From contig CACYSU010000005.1 of NCBI GenBank assembly GCA_902777205.1, positions 9,362 to 73,361 of the forward strand: 64,000 bases of DNA, written 5' to 3'. The notes under the pieces were generated by a model that was given only the letters and a program-made list of their open reading frames with translations, did no database searches and had not been told where the DNA came from. Position 1 is the first letter of the stretch; each line of letters begins with the position of its first letter. This DNA comes from an uncultured Rhodospirillales bacterium (GTDB taxonomy: Bacteria; Pseudomonadota; Alphaproteobacteria; CAAGCB01; CAG-977). Below, piece by piece: positions 18,640-28,291 of this stretch. The position numbers were made by a program, and so were the translations under genes.

Positions 18640-20679
18640 ATGCCAAAAAAAGAAATAACTTTTTCCGCCGGCGACGTTCTGTTCAAACAGGGCGACCCGT
18701 GCACGTCGGTTTACACGATCGTTTCCGGCAAGGCGGAGCTGTTTTACGAAATCAACGGCAAAGCCCGCGTTTTGGGGCGCAAGGGCGAAGACGACCTGCT
18801 GGGCGCGAACAGCGTGTTGGAGGGGGCTTACGACACGGCGGCGCGGGCGGTGACCGACCTGACCGTCACCGTGCAAACCGCGGACGAATATATCGAACAG
18901 CTGCAGCGGTCGGGCGAATTGTCGCCGTCGGCCGGCGCGCCCGCCAAAGTGTCCGCGTCTTTTGACGGCGGCGATGACGACGACGACTTTTCATTCAGCT
19001 TCGGCGGCGATGACGAAGAGGAGGAGGAAAAGCCCGCGCGCCGTTCCGGCCGACCGCCGCGTTCCGCCGTGCCGCGCCGCGGCAGGTCAACGGCCGTGAC
19101 GCGGACGGATATGGCGGAGGATGAAGAGGACGAACCCGCGCCGGTCAAGGGCAAATCGTCCGCTCTGGTTCATGTGGAAAAACCGAAGCCGGCCGCCGCG
19201 CCCGTCGTTTTAAAGCCGGTCGTCCTGCCGGCCGAAATTAAAAAATCGCCGATCCGCGAATGGCTGCGCGAAGGGGCGGACGAAACACCGTCGTTCGGCG
19301 CGGTCGTTTTGCTGGCCAGCATCGCGGGCGACGACGACGGATCCGTGCGCGACGACATTTTCCGCACTTTGCGTCAAATCCCGAATATGCAGGTCACGGT
19401 CGTTGACAAGGCCGTCGCCGATTCCGACGTCCGCCGCGGGGCGATGCAGGTGCGCGCGTGGCTGGAACAGCACACCGCGGACGCGGGGTTGTACGCCGTT
19501 TTGGACAACGCGGGGCGGGTGTTGGAATTTCACACGGTGCGGCCGGTTTCCGGCAATGAAAGCGCGCCGTTTTCCGCCGGAACGCGCTTTTTCCTGCCCG
19601 TGCGGATGAGCGACGAGCAAAAAACGCTGCTGAAGATATTCACGGTGTGCGCGCTGACGCCGACGCGGTTGGAACACGAACAGTTGCTGCGACTGTTCGT
19701 GCCGTCCCTGATCGGCGAAGTCGCCGCCTACGCGTCAAAGCCGATGGTCGGTTTGACGCCGGAGGAACAGGCCGTCAACCTGACGGCGTTCGCGAACGTC
19801 CTGTCGTGGATCAGTTTCATGACGCCCGAGGAAAACCGCCAAAATCAGGCCGCCGCACTGTATGAACAGGCGTTGACCCTGCTGCCGGCGCACGCGCCCG
19901 AATACGTGTTCGTCAACCGTCAGGTCGGGTTGCTGCGCCAGTTGGAGGGCGAACGCCGCGACAGCGTCGAAGCCTTTAAAGTCGCCGAGGAAACGTTCCG
20001 CAAAGGGTTGGCGGCGGTTTCGGAAAAATACCAGCCGGCCGCTTTTGCCGATTTGAATTTGCGCATCGGCAACGTGCGCCAGAAAATCGCCCTGCAAACC
20101 GGCGACGGTGAGGATTTTTCCGCCGCGATGACGGCGTACCGCGACGCGCTGAAAGTGTTGAAGCCGTCGGGCGACGCCGAACGGTGGGCGGACACGGTCA
20201 ACGGGTTGGCGCGCACGATGCAGCTGTTTTCGTCCTACAGCACGAAAACGACGCTGTTGAAAAAGGCGGTTGAGCTGTATGAAAAAGAGCTGAGCGTTCT
20301 GGACAGGGACGAACATCCGATGCTGTTCGGGCGGGCGTGCAACAATCTGGCGTCGGCGCTGTTCCTGTTGTCGGACAGGGAGGGCGGCAAGCCCGATCTG
20401 CTGCGCCGCGCGGTCGAAGTGTTTTCCGACGCTTTGCGGATTTACGACAGGGCGGGGGCGCGCCGGATGGCCGATGTCGCCGACAGCAACCTGAAACGTG
20501 CGGAACGGGCATTGGCGCGCACGGAAAAGGAATTGGAAAAGAACAAAAACTGGCTGGACGACATTTTGAACGACGGCGGCGAAACGGACGCGGACGCGGA
20601 TACGAATACGGACGCCCCCGCCGAAGAACCGCTGACCTTTGAACGCATTGCCGTGTTCGAGGAATTAGACGACGAATAA
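18640..20679 (+). CDS. Multidomain protein: N-terminal cNMP-binding domain, acidic/basic disordered linker and a C-terminal TPR-like helical domain
   Basis: The ATG at 18640 begins MPKKEITFSAGDVLFKQGDPCTSVYTIVSGKAELFYEINGK, a Crp-type cyclic-nucleotide-binding fold. A DDDDDFSFSFGGDDEEEEE linker and an Arg/Pro-rich segment follow, then a roughly 400-aa helical-repeat region. I recognise no named family. Confidence 0.6.
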   Translation: MPKKEITFSAGDVLFKQGDPCTSVYTIVSGKAELFYEINGKARVLGRKGEDDLLGANSVLEGAYDTAARAVTDLTVTVQTADEYIEQLQRSGELSPSAGAPAKVSASFDGGDDDDDFSFSFGGDDEEEEEKPARRSGRPPRSAVPRRGRSTAVTRTDMAEDEEDEPAPVKGKSSALVHVEKPKPAAAPVVLKPVVLPAEIKKSPIREWLREGADETPSFGAVVLLASIAGDDDGSVRDDIFRTLRQIPNMQVTVVDKAVADSDVRRGAMQVRAWLEQHTADAGLYAVLDNAGRVLEFHTVRPVSGNESAPFSAGTRFFLPVRMSDEQKTLLKIFTVCALTPTRLEHEQLLRLFVPSLIGEVAAYASKPMVGLTPEEQAVNLTAFANVLSWISFMTPEENRQNQAAALYEQALTLLPAHAPEYVFVNRQVGLLRQLEGERRDSVEAFKVAEETFRKGLAAVSEKYQPAAFADLNLRIGNVRQKIALQTGDGEDFSAAMTAYRDALKVLKPSGDAERWADTVNGLARTMQLFSSYSTKTTLLKKAVELYEKELSVLDRDEHPMLFGRACNNLASALFLLSDREGGKPDLLRRAVEVFSDALRIYDRAGARRMADVADSNLKRAERALARTEKELEKNKNWLDDILNDGGETDADADTNTDAPAEEPLTFERIAVFEELDDE

Positions 20680-21381
20680 AAACGCCGCCGGTTCAAAACA
20701 CCGCAAAACCAGAACCGTCAGCGTTCCCAAAAACAGCGACGCGCCGTAGGGGCCTTCGCGATTTTTGCGCGCGACGGCGATCAAAATGAAAAACACGACG
20801 GACGCCAAAACCGCGACAGCCAATCCCGCGACACCCAGCCATGCCCCCAGCGCGGTCATCATTTTAAAATCACCGCCGCCCAGCGACCGCGGCAAAAACG
20901 GCGTCATGATCGCGGCCGTGACGGTCGGCAGGGCAAACCCGAACACCGCGCCTGCCGCGGATTCGCCGGCGGTGACGATGCCGCAAAAATTGGCGGCGGC
21001 GAAAAATCCGGCGATCAAAAGGGGGACGGTCAACACGTCGGGCAGCAGGTGCAGTTTTTCGTCAACGCAGGCCATCAGCGCGCCCAGCCACAACAAAACC
21101 AGCAAAGCCGGCGGATAGCCGGTCGCGAACAGGAAATGCAAAAACGCCGCGCCCGCGACGCCCCACAACGCTCCCGCGCCCAGCAACCGCGCCCATAAAC
21201 GGTTGCGCCGCCCCCTTAACACAGAGGATTTCGACACGGCGAAACGGGGGATGTGGAATGAGCGAACCAACGCCGTCCCCGCGTCGGCGGGCAGGAATTT
21301 TCCGAACCGGCGGGCAAAAAGGGGAACCGGAAAAAACAGAATGAACGCGACCGCTTCGGCCGCCCAGAAAATTCCCGTCAT
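20665..21381 (-). CDS. A24-family prepilin peptidase (TadV/CpaA-like)
   Basis: Polytopic membrane protein with GGGDFKMMTALGAWLG, the second catalytic Asp box of type IV prepilin peptidases. It is 238 aa. Confidence 0.75.
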   Translation of the reverse strand: MTGIFWAAEAVAFILFFPVPLFARRFGKFLPADAGTALVRSFHIPRFAVSKSSVLRGRRNRLWARLLGAGALWGVAGAAFLHFLFATGYPPALLVLLWLGALMACVDEKLHLLPDVLTVPLLIAGFFAAANFCGIVTAGESAAGAVFGFALPTVTAAIMTPFLPRSLGGGDFKMMTALGAWLGVAGLAVAVLASVVFFILIAVARKNREGPYGASLFLGTLTVLVLRCFEPAAFLFVV

Positions 21382-21455
21382 GAAAAAATCCTTTTACTGT
21401 TGCTTTTTTTCAGATTAACGCAAAAAAGTGTTTCTGAAAGCATATTTCTTACGCC

Positions 21456-21461
21456 TATAAT
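21456..21461 (+). promoter_or_regulatory. Putative -10 element (TATAAT) of the tyrA-pheA promoter
   Basis: A perfect TATAAT lies 25 nt upstream of the tyrA ATG. The -35 (TTCTGA, with an 18-nt spacer) is weak. Confidence 0.3.
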
Positions 21462-21485
21462 GAAAAAAAAATCAAAGGAGTCGGG

Positions 21486-22409
21486 ATGACGGTTCATTTT
21501 CACAAAGCGGCGATCGTCGGCGTCGGGCTGATCGGATCGTCTTTGGCGCGGGTGTTGCGCGCACGGGGGATGGCGGACGAAATCACGGGGGCGGCGCGGT
21601 CGGAAAAAACGCGCGGCGCGGCCGTCGCTTTGGGGGTGGTCGATCGGGCTTTTGAAAATCCGGCCGACGCGGTCGCGGACGCCGACATCGTGTTCGTCTG
21701 CACGCCGGTCGGGGCGATCGCGCAAACGGTCGCGGATTTTATGCCTGCGCTGAAATCGGGGGTGATCGTGACGGATGTCGGGTCGGTCAAGGCGGAAATC
21801 GTCGCGCAAACGGCTCCGGTCGTGCGTCCCGACGTGCGTTTTGTTCCCGCTCATCCCGTCGCCGGAACGGAAAAATCGGGGCCCGAAAACGGGTTCGTCG
21901 AATTGTTCGAGGGACGCTGGTGCATTTTGACGCCGACGGAAAAAACGGACGCGTCAGCCGTCGAAACGGTGCGCGCCGTTTGGGAAGCGGCGGGAATGAA
22001 GGTTGAGGAAATGTCGCCTGAACGGCACGACAGGGTGATGGCGCTGATGTCGCATCTGCCGCATTTGATCGCTTACACGATCGTGGGGACGGCGGACGAT
22101 ATGGAAAAAGACACGGGCGCGGACGTAATCAAATACGCGGCCGGCGGTTTCCGCGACTTTACGCGCATCGCCGGATCCGATCCCGTGATGTGGCGGGACA
22201 TTTTCCTGAACAACACGGACGCGGTTCTGGATTGCTTGCAGCGTTTTTGTGAAGATCTGACCGTTTTGCAAAAGGCGATCCGCCGCCGCGACGGCCGCAC
22301 GCTGCAGGATTGGTTTACGCGCACCCGCCGCATCCGCCGCGAAGTCATCGACGCGCGTCAGGATCAGCCCGAAAACGAAAAACTGCTGTTAAAGGACAAG
22401 AAAAAATGA
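21486..22409 (+). CDS. tyrA: Prephenate/arogenate (cyclohexadienyl) dehydrogenase
   Basis: IVGVGLIGSS Rossmann motif and TyrA-family similarity; 307 aa. The RBS is AAAGGAG. Confidence 0.85.
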   Translation: MTVHFHKAAIVGVGLIGSSLARVLRARGMADEITGAARSEKTRGAAVALGVVDRAFENPADAVADADIVFVCTPVGAIAQTVADFMPALKSGVIVTDVGSVKAEIVAQTAPVVRPDVRFVPAHPVAGTEKSGPENGFVELFEGRWCILTPTEKTDASAVETVRAVWEAAGMKVEEMSPERHDRVMALMSHLPHLIAYTIVGTADDMEKDTGADVIKYAAGGFRDFTRIAGSDPVMWRDIFLNNTDAVLDCLQRFCEDLTVLQKAIRRRDGRTLQDWFTRTRRIRREVIDARQDQPENEKLLLKDKKK

Positions 22410-23347
22410 AAGTCACATATCAGGGAATCATCGGCTGCTTTTCATTGATGACGTGCGAAAAATGCTTTCCGGACGCCATTCACCGCAGTTGTTTGTCGTT
22501 CAGTGACGCGATGCAGTCCGTTGTGAACGGCGAAGCGGATGTCGCGGTCATTCCGGTCGAAAATTCCACCGCCGGCCGCGTGACGGAGGTTTACAGCCTG
22601 CTGCCCGAAGCGTCGTTGTCGATTATCGGGGAATACTTTCTGCCGATTCACCATTGTTTGATGATGCCGACAAAGTTCGTGCGCGGGCTGCCGCCCCAGA
22701 ATTTGACCGAGGACGAATTGCTGGAATGGAAACGCGGCGCGCCGACGCAGCGGGAAATCGACCGCGCCATATCCCAGATCGCCGAAGTCCGGTCGCATCC
22801 GCAGGGGTTGGCGCAATGCCAGAAATTTTTGTGGAAAAACCTGCCGAACGCCCGCCAGCGCGCGGCGTGGGACACGGCGGGGGCGGCGCGCGATCTGGCG
22901 CAGGAAATGATCCCGAACGTGGCGGTGATCGCGCCGGCCGGCGCGGCGCGCTACGGCATGACGATTTTAAAGGAAAACATCGAAGACCAGTCCGGCAACA
23001 CGACGCGTTTCCTGTTTTTGCGCAAAACGCCGCTGACTGCGGACGAAATCCGCGCGCACCCGATCACGACGCTGGTGTTCCGCACCCGTCACGTCGCCGG
23101 CGCGCTGGTCGAAGCGTTGAAAGTGTTTCAGGCGCACAATATTAATATGACGAAACTGGAAACCTATATGACGGGCGTTCATCATTCCGAACCCGTTTTC
23201 TATGTCGATCTGGCGATGAACCGGTTTGACAAAACAGGCAGAAAAACGCTGGAGGAACTGCGCGCCGTCACGTTGAGCGTGGACGTTCTGGGGACTTACG
23301 ACGCCTGTCCCGCGCGTTCCGAAACGTTCGGATTTCCCGAAGCTTGA
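22406..23347 (+). CDS. pheA: Prephenate dehydratase with a C-terminal ACT domain
   Basis: The real start is MKVTYQG at 22406, overlapping the tyrA stop as ATGA. It has a PDT domain (AVIPVENSTAGRV) and a C-terminal ACT regulatory domain. Confidence 0.85.
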   Translation: MKVTYQGIIGCFSLMTCEKCFPDAIHRSCLSFSDAMQSVVNGEADVAVIPVENSTAGRVTEVYSLLPEASLSIIGEYFLPIHHCLMMPTKFVRGLPPQNLTEDELLEWKRGAPTQREIDRAISQIAEVRSHPQGLAQCQKFLWKNLPNARQRAAWDTAGAARDLAQEMIPNVAVIAPAGAARYGMTILKENIEDQSGNTTRFLFLRKTPLTADEIRAHPITTLVFRTRHVAGALVEALKVFQAHNINMTKLETYMTGVHHSEPVFYVDLAMNRFDKTGRKTLEELRAVTLSVDVLGTYDACPARSETFGFPEA

Positions 23348-23354
23348 TTGAAAG

Positions 23355-23891
23355 ATGAAAAAAATAAGCAATTTGTACGATTTGCATTCCCGTGTACCGA
23401 CTTTTCCCGATTTTCCGAAGAAAGGCGTTAATTTTTACGACATCACCGGATTGTTCAGGGATGCCGAGGTTTTCGCCCTGACCGTGCGCAGCATGACGAA
23501 TTTGATCGCGCAGTACCGCCCCGACCGGCTGTTCGCGATTGATTCCAAAGGGTTCATTTTCGCCGCGCCCGTCGCCGCCAATCTGGGGATCGGGCTGTCG
23601 CTTTTGCGCAAAGCGTCGAAGCTGCCCGGAACGGTCGTGCGTCATTCCTACGCGCTGGAATACGGAACGGATGAAATGGAATGCCGCGTGTCGGATTTCG
23701 ACGCGTCGGAACGTTTGGTCGTCGTGGACGACGTGCTGGCCACCGGCGGCACGCTGGCCGCGGGCGTCACTTTGCTGCGCCAAGTCGGCGGCAACGTCGT
23801 CGGCGCGGTCGCGGCGTTGGAAATCGGCAATTTGAAAGGGCGCGAAAAAATCGACGCGCCGTTTTCGGCGATGCTGTACTATCCCGAATGA
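23355..23891 (+). CDS. apt: Adenine phosphoribosyltransferase
   Basis: Contains the VVVDDVLATGGT PRPP-binding motif. It is 178 aa. Confidence 0.9.
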   Translation: MKKISNLYDLHSRVPTFPDFPKKGVNFYDITGLFRDAEVFALTVRSMTNLIAQYRPDRLFAIDSKGFIFAAPVAANLGIGLSLLRKASKLPGTVVRHSYALEYGTDEMECRVSDFDASERLVVVDDVLATGGTLAAGVTLLRQVGGNVVGAVAALEIGNLKGREKIDAPFSAMLYYPE

Positions 23892-24275
23892 TCAGTTCGC
23901 GGCCAAAACTCCCTGCAGGGGGCTTTGTACTGTTTGCGCCTTTTGCGCGATGATGTCGCCCAACATGGTGACGTAGCGCGCGCCTTCGACCGTGCGGTAC
24001 AGGTTGACGCTGCGGCGGTCGGTTTCGTCCGTCTGCCGCTTGATCAGCCCTAAAACGCTCAGCTTGTCAATCGCGCGCGTCACCGCCGGTTTCGATATGT
24101 TCAATTCCGCCGACAAAGCGCGCACCGTGTGCGGTTCGGGCGTCAGATAAACGTTCAGCAAAATGGCCGTCTGACGGGTGGTCAGGTCGTTTTCCCCGTC
24201 GTTGCGCCGCACGATTTCGTGCAGGGTTTGACGCCACAGCTCCAATCCGGTGAAATTGTCCAAACTCATGCTCAT
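23892..24275 (-). CDS. MarR-family transcriptional regulator
   Basis: 127 aa with a winged helix (LTTRQTAILLNVYL...LNISKPAVTRAIDKL...DRRSVNLYRT). Confidence 0.75.
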   Translation of the reverse strand: MSMSLDNFTGLELWRQTLHEIVRRNDGENDLTTRQTAILLNVYLTPEPHTVRALSAELNISKPAVTRAIDKLSVLGLIKRQTDETDRRSVNLYRTVEGARYVTMLGDIIAQKAQTVQSPLQGVLAAN

Positions 24276-25618
24276 TTCCCCGCGACGGTTAATCCGGCCA
24301 GTCTGATTGTCGGCGCGTTGATCGCGTGACGGTCGTCCAAATCGTTCGCGGCGGCCATGTTCCGGAACATTGATTTCAGGTTGCCGGCGACCGTGATTTC
24401 GCTGACGGGAATGGTGATTTCCCCGTTTTCGATCAAAAATCCGGACGCGCCGCGGCTGTAATCGCCGGTGATCATGTCAACGCCCTGACCGAACAGCTGG
24501 GTCAGGTACAATCCGCGTTTGATGTCGCCGATCAATTCCGCGGGCGACAGCGTTCCGCCGGTCAAAAACAGGTTGGACGCCGACGGATGCGGGTTCGCGC
24601 CCAATCCGCGCGCGGCGTGGCCGTTCGGTTCCAGCCCCAGTTTCCGCGCCGACCGCAGATCCAGCAGCCACGCGGACAGAACGCCCTTGTCCGCCAAAGC
24701 GCACGGGGCGCAGGGCAATCCTTCGGCGTCGCAGGGACGCGAGGCCGCCCCCCGTTTTTTCAGCGGGTTTTCCAAAATGCTTAAGGTTTCGGGCAGCACT
24801 TGACGCCCCATTTCATCCTTTAAAAACGATGTGCCGCGGGCGATGCCGGCGCCGTTGACCGCGCCCGCGAACGTGCCGACCAGCCCGCGCGCCAAACGCG
24901 GTTCAAACACGACATCCATGACGCCGGAATCAATCTTTGTCGGGCGCAGCCGCTTGACCGCCCGTTCCCCCGCACCGCGGCCGATTTTGGCGGCGTCTTC
25001 CAAATCGGAAAAATAAACGGCGGAGGAATAGTCGTAATCGGTTTCCTTGTTCCCGTCGGCGTCCGCCGCGATGACGGACACGGAAACAAAGGCGGAGGAA
25101 CGGTCGTATTCGCGGGAAAATCCGGTCGTCGAAACGGAAACGATGTGCGATTTTTCAAATCCCGCGGACGCGCCGTCGGATTGGGCGACGCCTTTGACGG
25201 ACAAGGCGGCATCTTCGGTTTTCAACGCCAGTTCCAACAGCTCCGCCGTCGATTTTTCCGCCGGATCGAACAGGTCGAGGTCGGGCGTGTTTCCGGCCTG
25301 AACCGCGGGGTCGGCCAATCCGCAATACGGGTCTTCGGGAACGGTTTTCGCCATTTGAACCGCGCGTTCCGCCAATTCCGCCAGCGTGTCCCGATCCAAA
25401 ACGCACGAGGACACGACCGCGGGGCGTTTGCCGCAAAACACGCGCAGATCGACGCCGGACGTTTCCGCGTATTCCATATTTTCCGTTTTTCGCGCGCGAC
25501 ATTCGGCCGAAGCGGACAAGCTGCGCACGCCGCAGGATTCCGCGGCGTCGGCGCCCGATTTGCGGGCGCGTTCCGTCAAAAAGGCGACGGCGTCGGACAG
25601 GGACAGGATTTCAGTCAT
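24272..25618 (-). CDS. pmbA: Metalloprotease PmbA (TldE)
   Basis: 448 aa and a TldD/PmbA-family member that lacks the HExxxH motif. Its C-terminus (GEITIPVSEITVAGN) parallels TldD. Confidence 0.85.
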   Translation of the reverse strand: MTEILSLSDAVAFLTERARKSGADAAESCGVRSLSASAECRARKTENMEYAETSGVDLRVFCGKRPAVVSSCVLDRDTLAELAERAVQMAKTVPEDPYCGLADPAVQAGNTPDLDLFDPAEKSTAELLELALKTEDAALSVKGVAQSDGASAGFEKSHIVSVSTTGFSREYDRSSAFVSVSVIAADADGNKETDYDYSSAVYFSDLEDAAKIGRGAGERAVKRLRPTKIDSGVMDVVFEPRLARGLVGTFAGAVNGAGIARGTSFLKDEMGRQVLPETLSILENPLKKRGAASRPCDAEGLPCAPCALADKGVLSAWLLDLRSARKLGLEPNGHAARGLGANPHPSASNLFLTGGTLSPAELIGDIKRGLYLTQLFGQGVDMITGDYSRGASGFLIENGEITIPVSEITVAGNLKSMFRNMAAANDLDDRHAINAPTIRLAGLTVAGK

Positions 25619-25621
25619 ATG

Positions 25622-26368
25622 TTATCTCTTTTGTTCGATATGCGGATAAAAAACGGTGCGTTCCAACAGCTCGGCGTTTTTGGGCAGGATGAAAATCCGG
25701 CCGTTCGGGCGGTTGGCGCGCGGGTCGAAACCGGCCAGCACGAAATCGTTTTGACGCGCGGACACCAGAACGAACGTTTCGCCGCCGACGACCGTCATGT
25801 TTTGTCCGGCCGTTTTGGCCGTGGCGATGCCGCCGTAAAACGCCGTCACGATCAGGATCAGGATGAACGACGCCGTCGTGAACATATGCGCCAGCGAACT
25901 TTTGCCCGCTTTGAAATGGACGCACAGGACGCAAACGTACAGGAAAACGATATACAGACATTCCGTCAAAAACCGTCCCGTTTTAATCGCATGCACCGCG
26001 ACGGCGCAAATATACGCCGTGAACGCCAGCGTCGCCAGCAGGGAAAAGAAATAGCTGATTTTCTGCGACCGGCTGAGGATGCCTTTGGCGGAATTTTCGC
26101 CGCCCAGCGTTTTTTGCAAAGCCATGCCGGCCAGCACCGCCAGAAACAGGGCGCAGGCGATGCCGCACGCGACGCCCGTCGGAAATTCCATCAAAAACAG
26201 GGGGATTTTGTATTCGACAAAGCGTCCGGCCTTTATGGCGACGGACAAAACGCACGCCAGACAGGCGCCGAAAACGAAAACCAGAAAGGCGACAACGGCG
26301 AACGGCGTTTTTTCAACGGCGCGTTCCGTGCGGTCGTCCGCGGTTTTCCGGTCTGAAAACAAAGCCAT
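25622..26368 (-). CDS. Hypothetical polytopic membrane protein
   Basis: 248 aa with about 6 hydrophobic helices. I recognise no motif. It lies 3 nt downstream of pmbA. Confidence 0.45.
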   Translation of the reverse strand: MALFSDRKTADDRTERAVEKTPFAVVAFLVFVFGACLACVLSVAIKAGRFVEYKIPLFLMEFPTGVACGIACALFLAVLAGMALQKTLGGENSAKGILSRSQKISYFFSLLATLAFTAYICAVAVHAIKTGRFLTECLYIVFLYVCVLCVHFKAGKSSLAHMFTTASFILILIVTAFYGGIATAKTAGQNMTVVGGETFVLVSARQNDFVLAGFDPRANRPNGRIFILPKNAELLERTVFYPHIEQKR

Positions 26369-26480
26369 GATCCCTCCTTGTCCGATTTTTCCGACTCGGC
26401 CATTTTACACCGGAAACCGTTTCGCTTCAGTTAATTTTTTGTTTATGCCGGACGGGACGGCGCCGCCGGCTGTTATGTTT

Positions 26481-26509
26481 TTGACTTTGGCGCGGGAAAA
26501 TGGGATAAT
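26481..26509 (+). promoter_or_regulatory. Putative sigma70-type promoter for the GAF/HD-GYP gene
   Basis: TTGACT (26481-26486), a 17-nt spacer, then GATAAT (26504-26509), placed 30 nt upstream of the ATG at 26540. Confidence 0.4.
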
Positions 26510-26539
26510 ATGTCATTGCGGCAATGAAAGGGCGGTTCG

Positions 26540-28291
26540 ATGGTAAACGATAACGGCGCAGACGAATCCGTATCCCTGACGGCGGAAGAGCTGGATCGCC
26601 TGTTCAACATAGGCATCGCGCTTTCGGCCGAACAGGACATGGATGTGCTGCTGGAAAGCATCCTGACGACGGCGAAGGAATTCTGCAACGCCGAGGGCGG
26701 GACGCTGTACCTGATGGACGCGGCGCAAAACCAGCTGGTGTTTTCCATTTTGCAAAACGACAAGCTGGGCATCAAAATGGGCGGCACGTCCGAAAAAAAG
26801 GAAATCCCGTTTCCGCCGCTGTATCTGTACGATCCCGAAACGAACGAACCGAACTATTCCAACATTTCCACCTACGCCGCGCTGACCGAGGAAATCGTCA
26901 ACGTGCCGGACGCCTATGATTCGACGCGGTTCGATTTTTCCGGCACGCACAAGTTCGACAAGAAATCCGGATACCGGTCGAAATCGTTTCTGACCGTTCC
27001 GCTGAAAACCCGAACGGGGCAGGTCGTCGCCGTGCTGCAGCTGATCAACGCCCGCGCGCCGTCGGGGGAAACGATCAATTTTTCAAAATCCATGCAGCGG
27101 CTGGTCGAGGCGTTGTCTTCGCACGCCGCCGTCGCGATCGACAACCAGCTGCTGGTCACGGCGCAGAAAAACGTGCTGGAGGCGTTTTTGGAAGTGATCG
27201 CCCACGCGATCGACGACAAATCGCCCTATACCGGCGCGCATTGCCAACGCGTCCCCGTGATCGCCCGCATGATCGCGCTGGCCGCCGTGATGTCGCAGGA
27301 CGGCGCGTTCAAGGACTTTGAAATGTCCGAAGACGAATGGTACGCCTTTCATCTGGCGTCGTGGCTGCACGATTGCGGCAAGGTCACGACCCCCGAATAC
27401 GTTTTGGACAAGGCGACAAAGCTGGAAACCGTCAACAACCGTATTCACGAGGTCCGCGCCCGATTCGAGATTTTGCGCCGCGACGCGCACATCGACTATC
27501 TGAAAAAAAGGCTGGCGGGAACGGAACCGAAGGAACAGCTGTTGGCGCAGTTCAACGACCGCGTCCGGAAGCTGGAGGACGACTTCGCCTTTCTGGCCGC
27601 GTCGAACGTCGGGACGGAACCGCTGAACGACGAACAGGTCGCCCGCGTGCGCGAAATCGCCAAGCAGACCTACCACCGTTATTTCGACAAGACGCTGGGG
27701 TTGTCGTGGGACGAAACGGAACGCATCAAGGACAATATGCCGCCGAAAACCAATCCGGCCGAACCGTTGCTGGAGGATCGCCCCGACCACATTTTCGGCG
27801 GGTACAACCGCGGCGAAATCCACAACCTGTCGATCGCGCGCGGCACGCTGACGCCCGAAGAGGCCAAGAAAATCAACAGCCACGTTGAAAAAACAATTGA
27901 AATGCTGAAAGCCATTCCGTTCCCGTCGCACATCAAAAACGTCGTCGAATACGCGGGCGGGCATCACGAACGCATGGACGGCAAAGGATTCCCGAACCAC
28001 TTGACGCGGTTTGAAATGTCCGTTCCCGCGCGTATTCTGGGCGTCGCCGACGTGTTCGAGGCTCTGTCGTCCAGCGACAGGCCGTATAAAAAACCGAAAA
28101 AGCTGTCCGAAATCGTCGCGATCATGTCGGGAATGGCCAAAGGCGGCCACATCGACCCCGATTTGTTCAATTTGTTCTTGACGGCGGGGGTTTATCGGGA
28201 ATATGCGGAACAGTACATGAAGGAAAGCCAGATCGACGAGGTTGACATTCAACAGTATCTGGCCGCGACCGGAACGCCAGCGGAGGAATAA
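26540..28291 (+). CDS. GAF-domain HD-GYP phosphodiesterase (probable c-di-GMP phosphodiesterase)
   Basis: An N-terminal GAF domain is followed by the HD-GYP catalytic core: HDCGK ... GGHHERMDGKGFP (GFP variant of GYP). Confidence 0.8.
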   Translation: MVNDNGADESVSLTAEELDRLFNIGIALSAEQDMDVLLESILTTAKEFCNAEGGTLYLMDAAQNQLVFSILQNDKLGIKMGGTSEKKEIPFPPLYLYDPETNEPNYSNISTYAALTEEIVNVPDAYDSTRFDFSGTHKFDKKSGYRSKSFLTVPLKTRTGQVVAVLQLINARAPSGETINFSKSMQRLVEALSSHAAVAIDNQLLVTAQKNVLEAFLEVIAHAIDDKSPYTGAHCQRVPVIARMIALAAVMSQDGAFKDFEMSEDEWYAFHLASWLHDCGKVTTPEYVLDKATKLETVNNRIHEVRARFEILRRDAHIDYLKKRLAGTEPKEQLLAQFNDRVRKLEDDFAFLAASNVGTEPLNDEQVARVREIAKQTYHRYFDKTLGLSWDETERIKDNMPPKTNPAEPLLEDRPDHIFGGYNRGEIHNLSIARGTLTPEEAKKINSHVEKTIEMLKAIPFPSHIKNVVEYAGGHHERMDGKGFPNHLTRFEMSVPARILGVADVFEALSSSDRPYKKPKKLSEIVAIMSGMAKGGHIDPDLFNLFLTAGVYREYAEQYMKESQIDEVDIQQYLAATGTPAEE

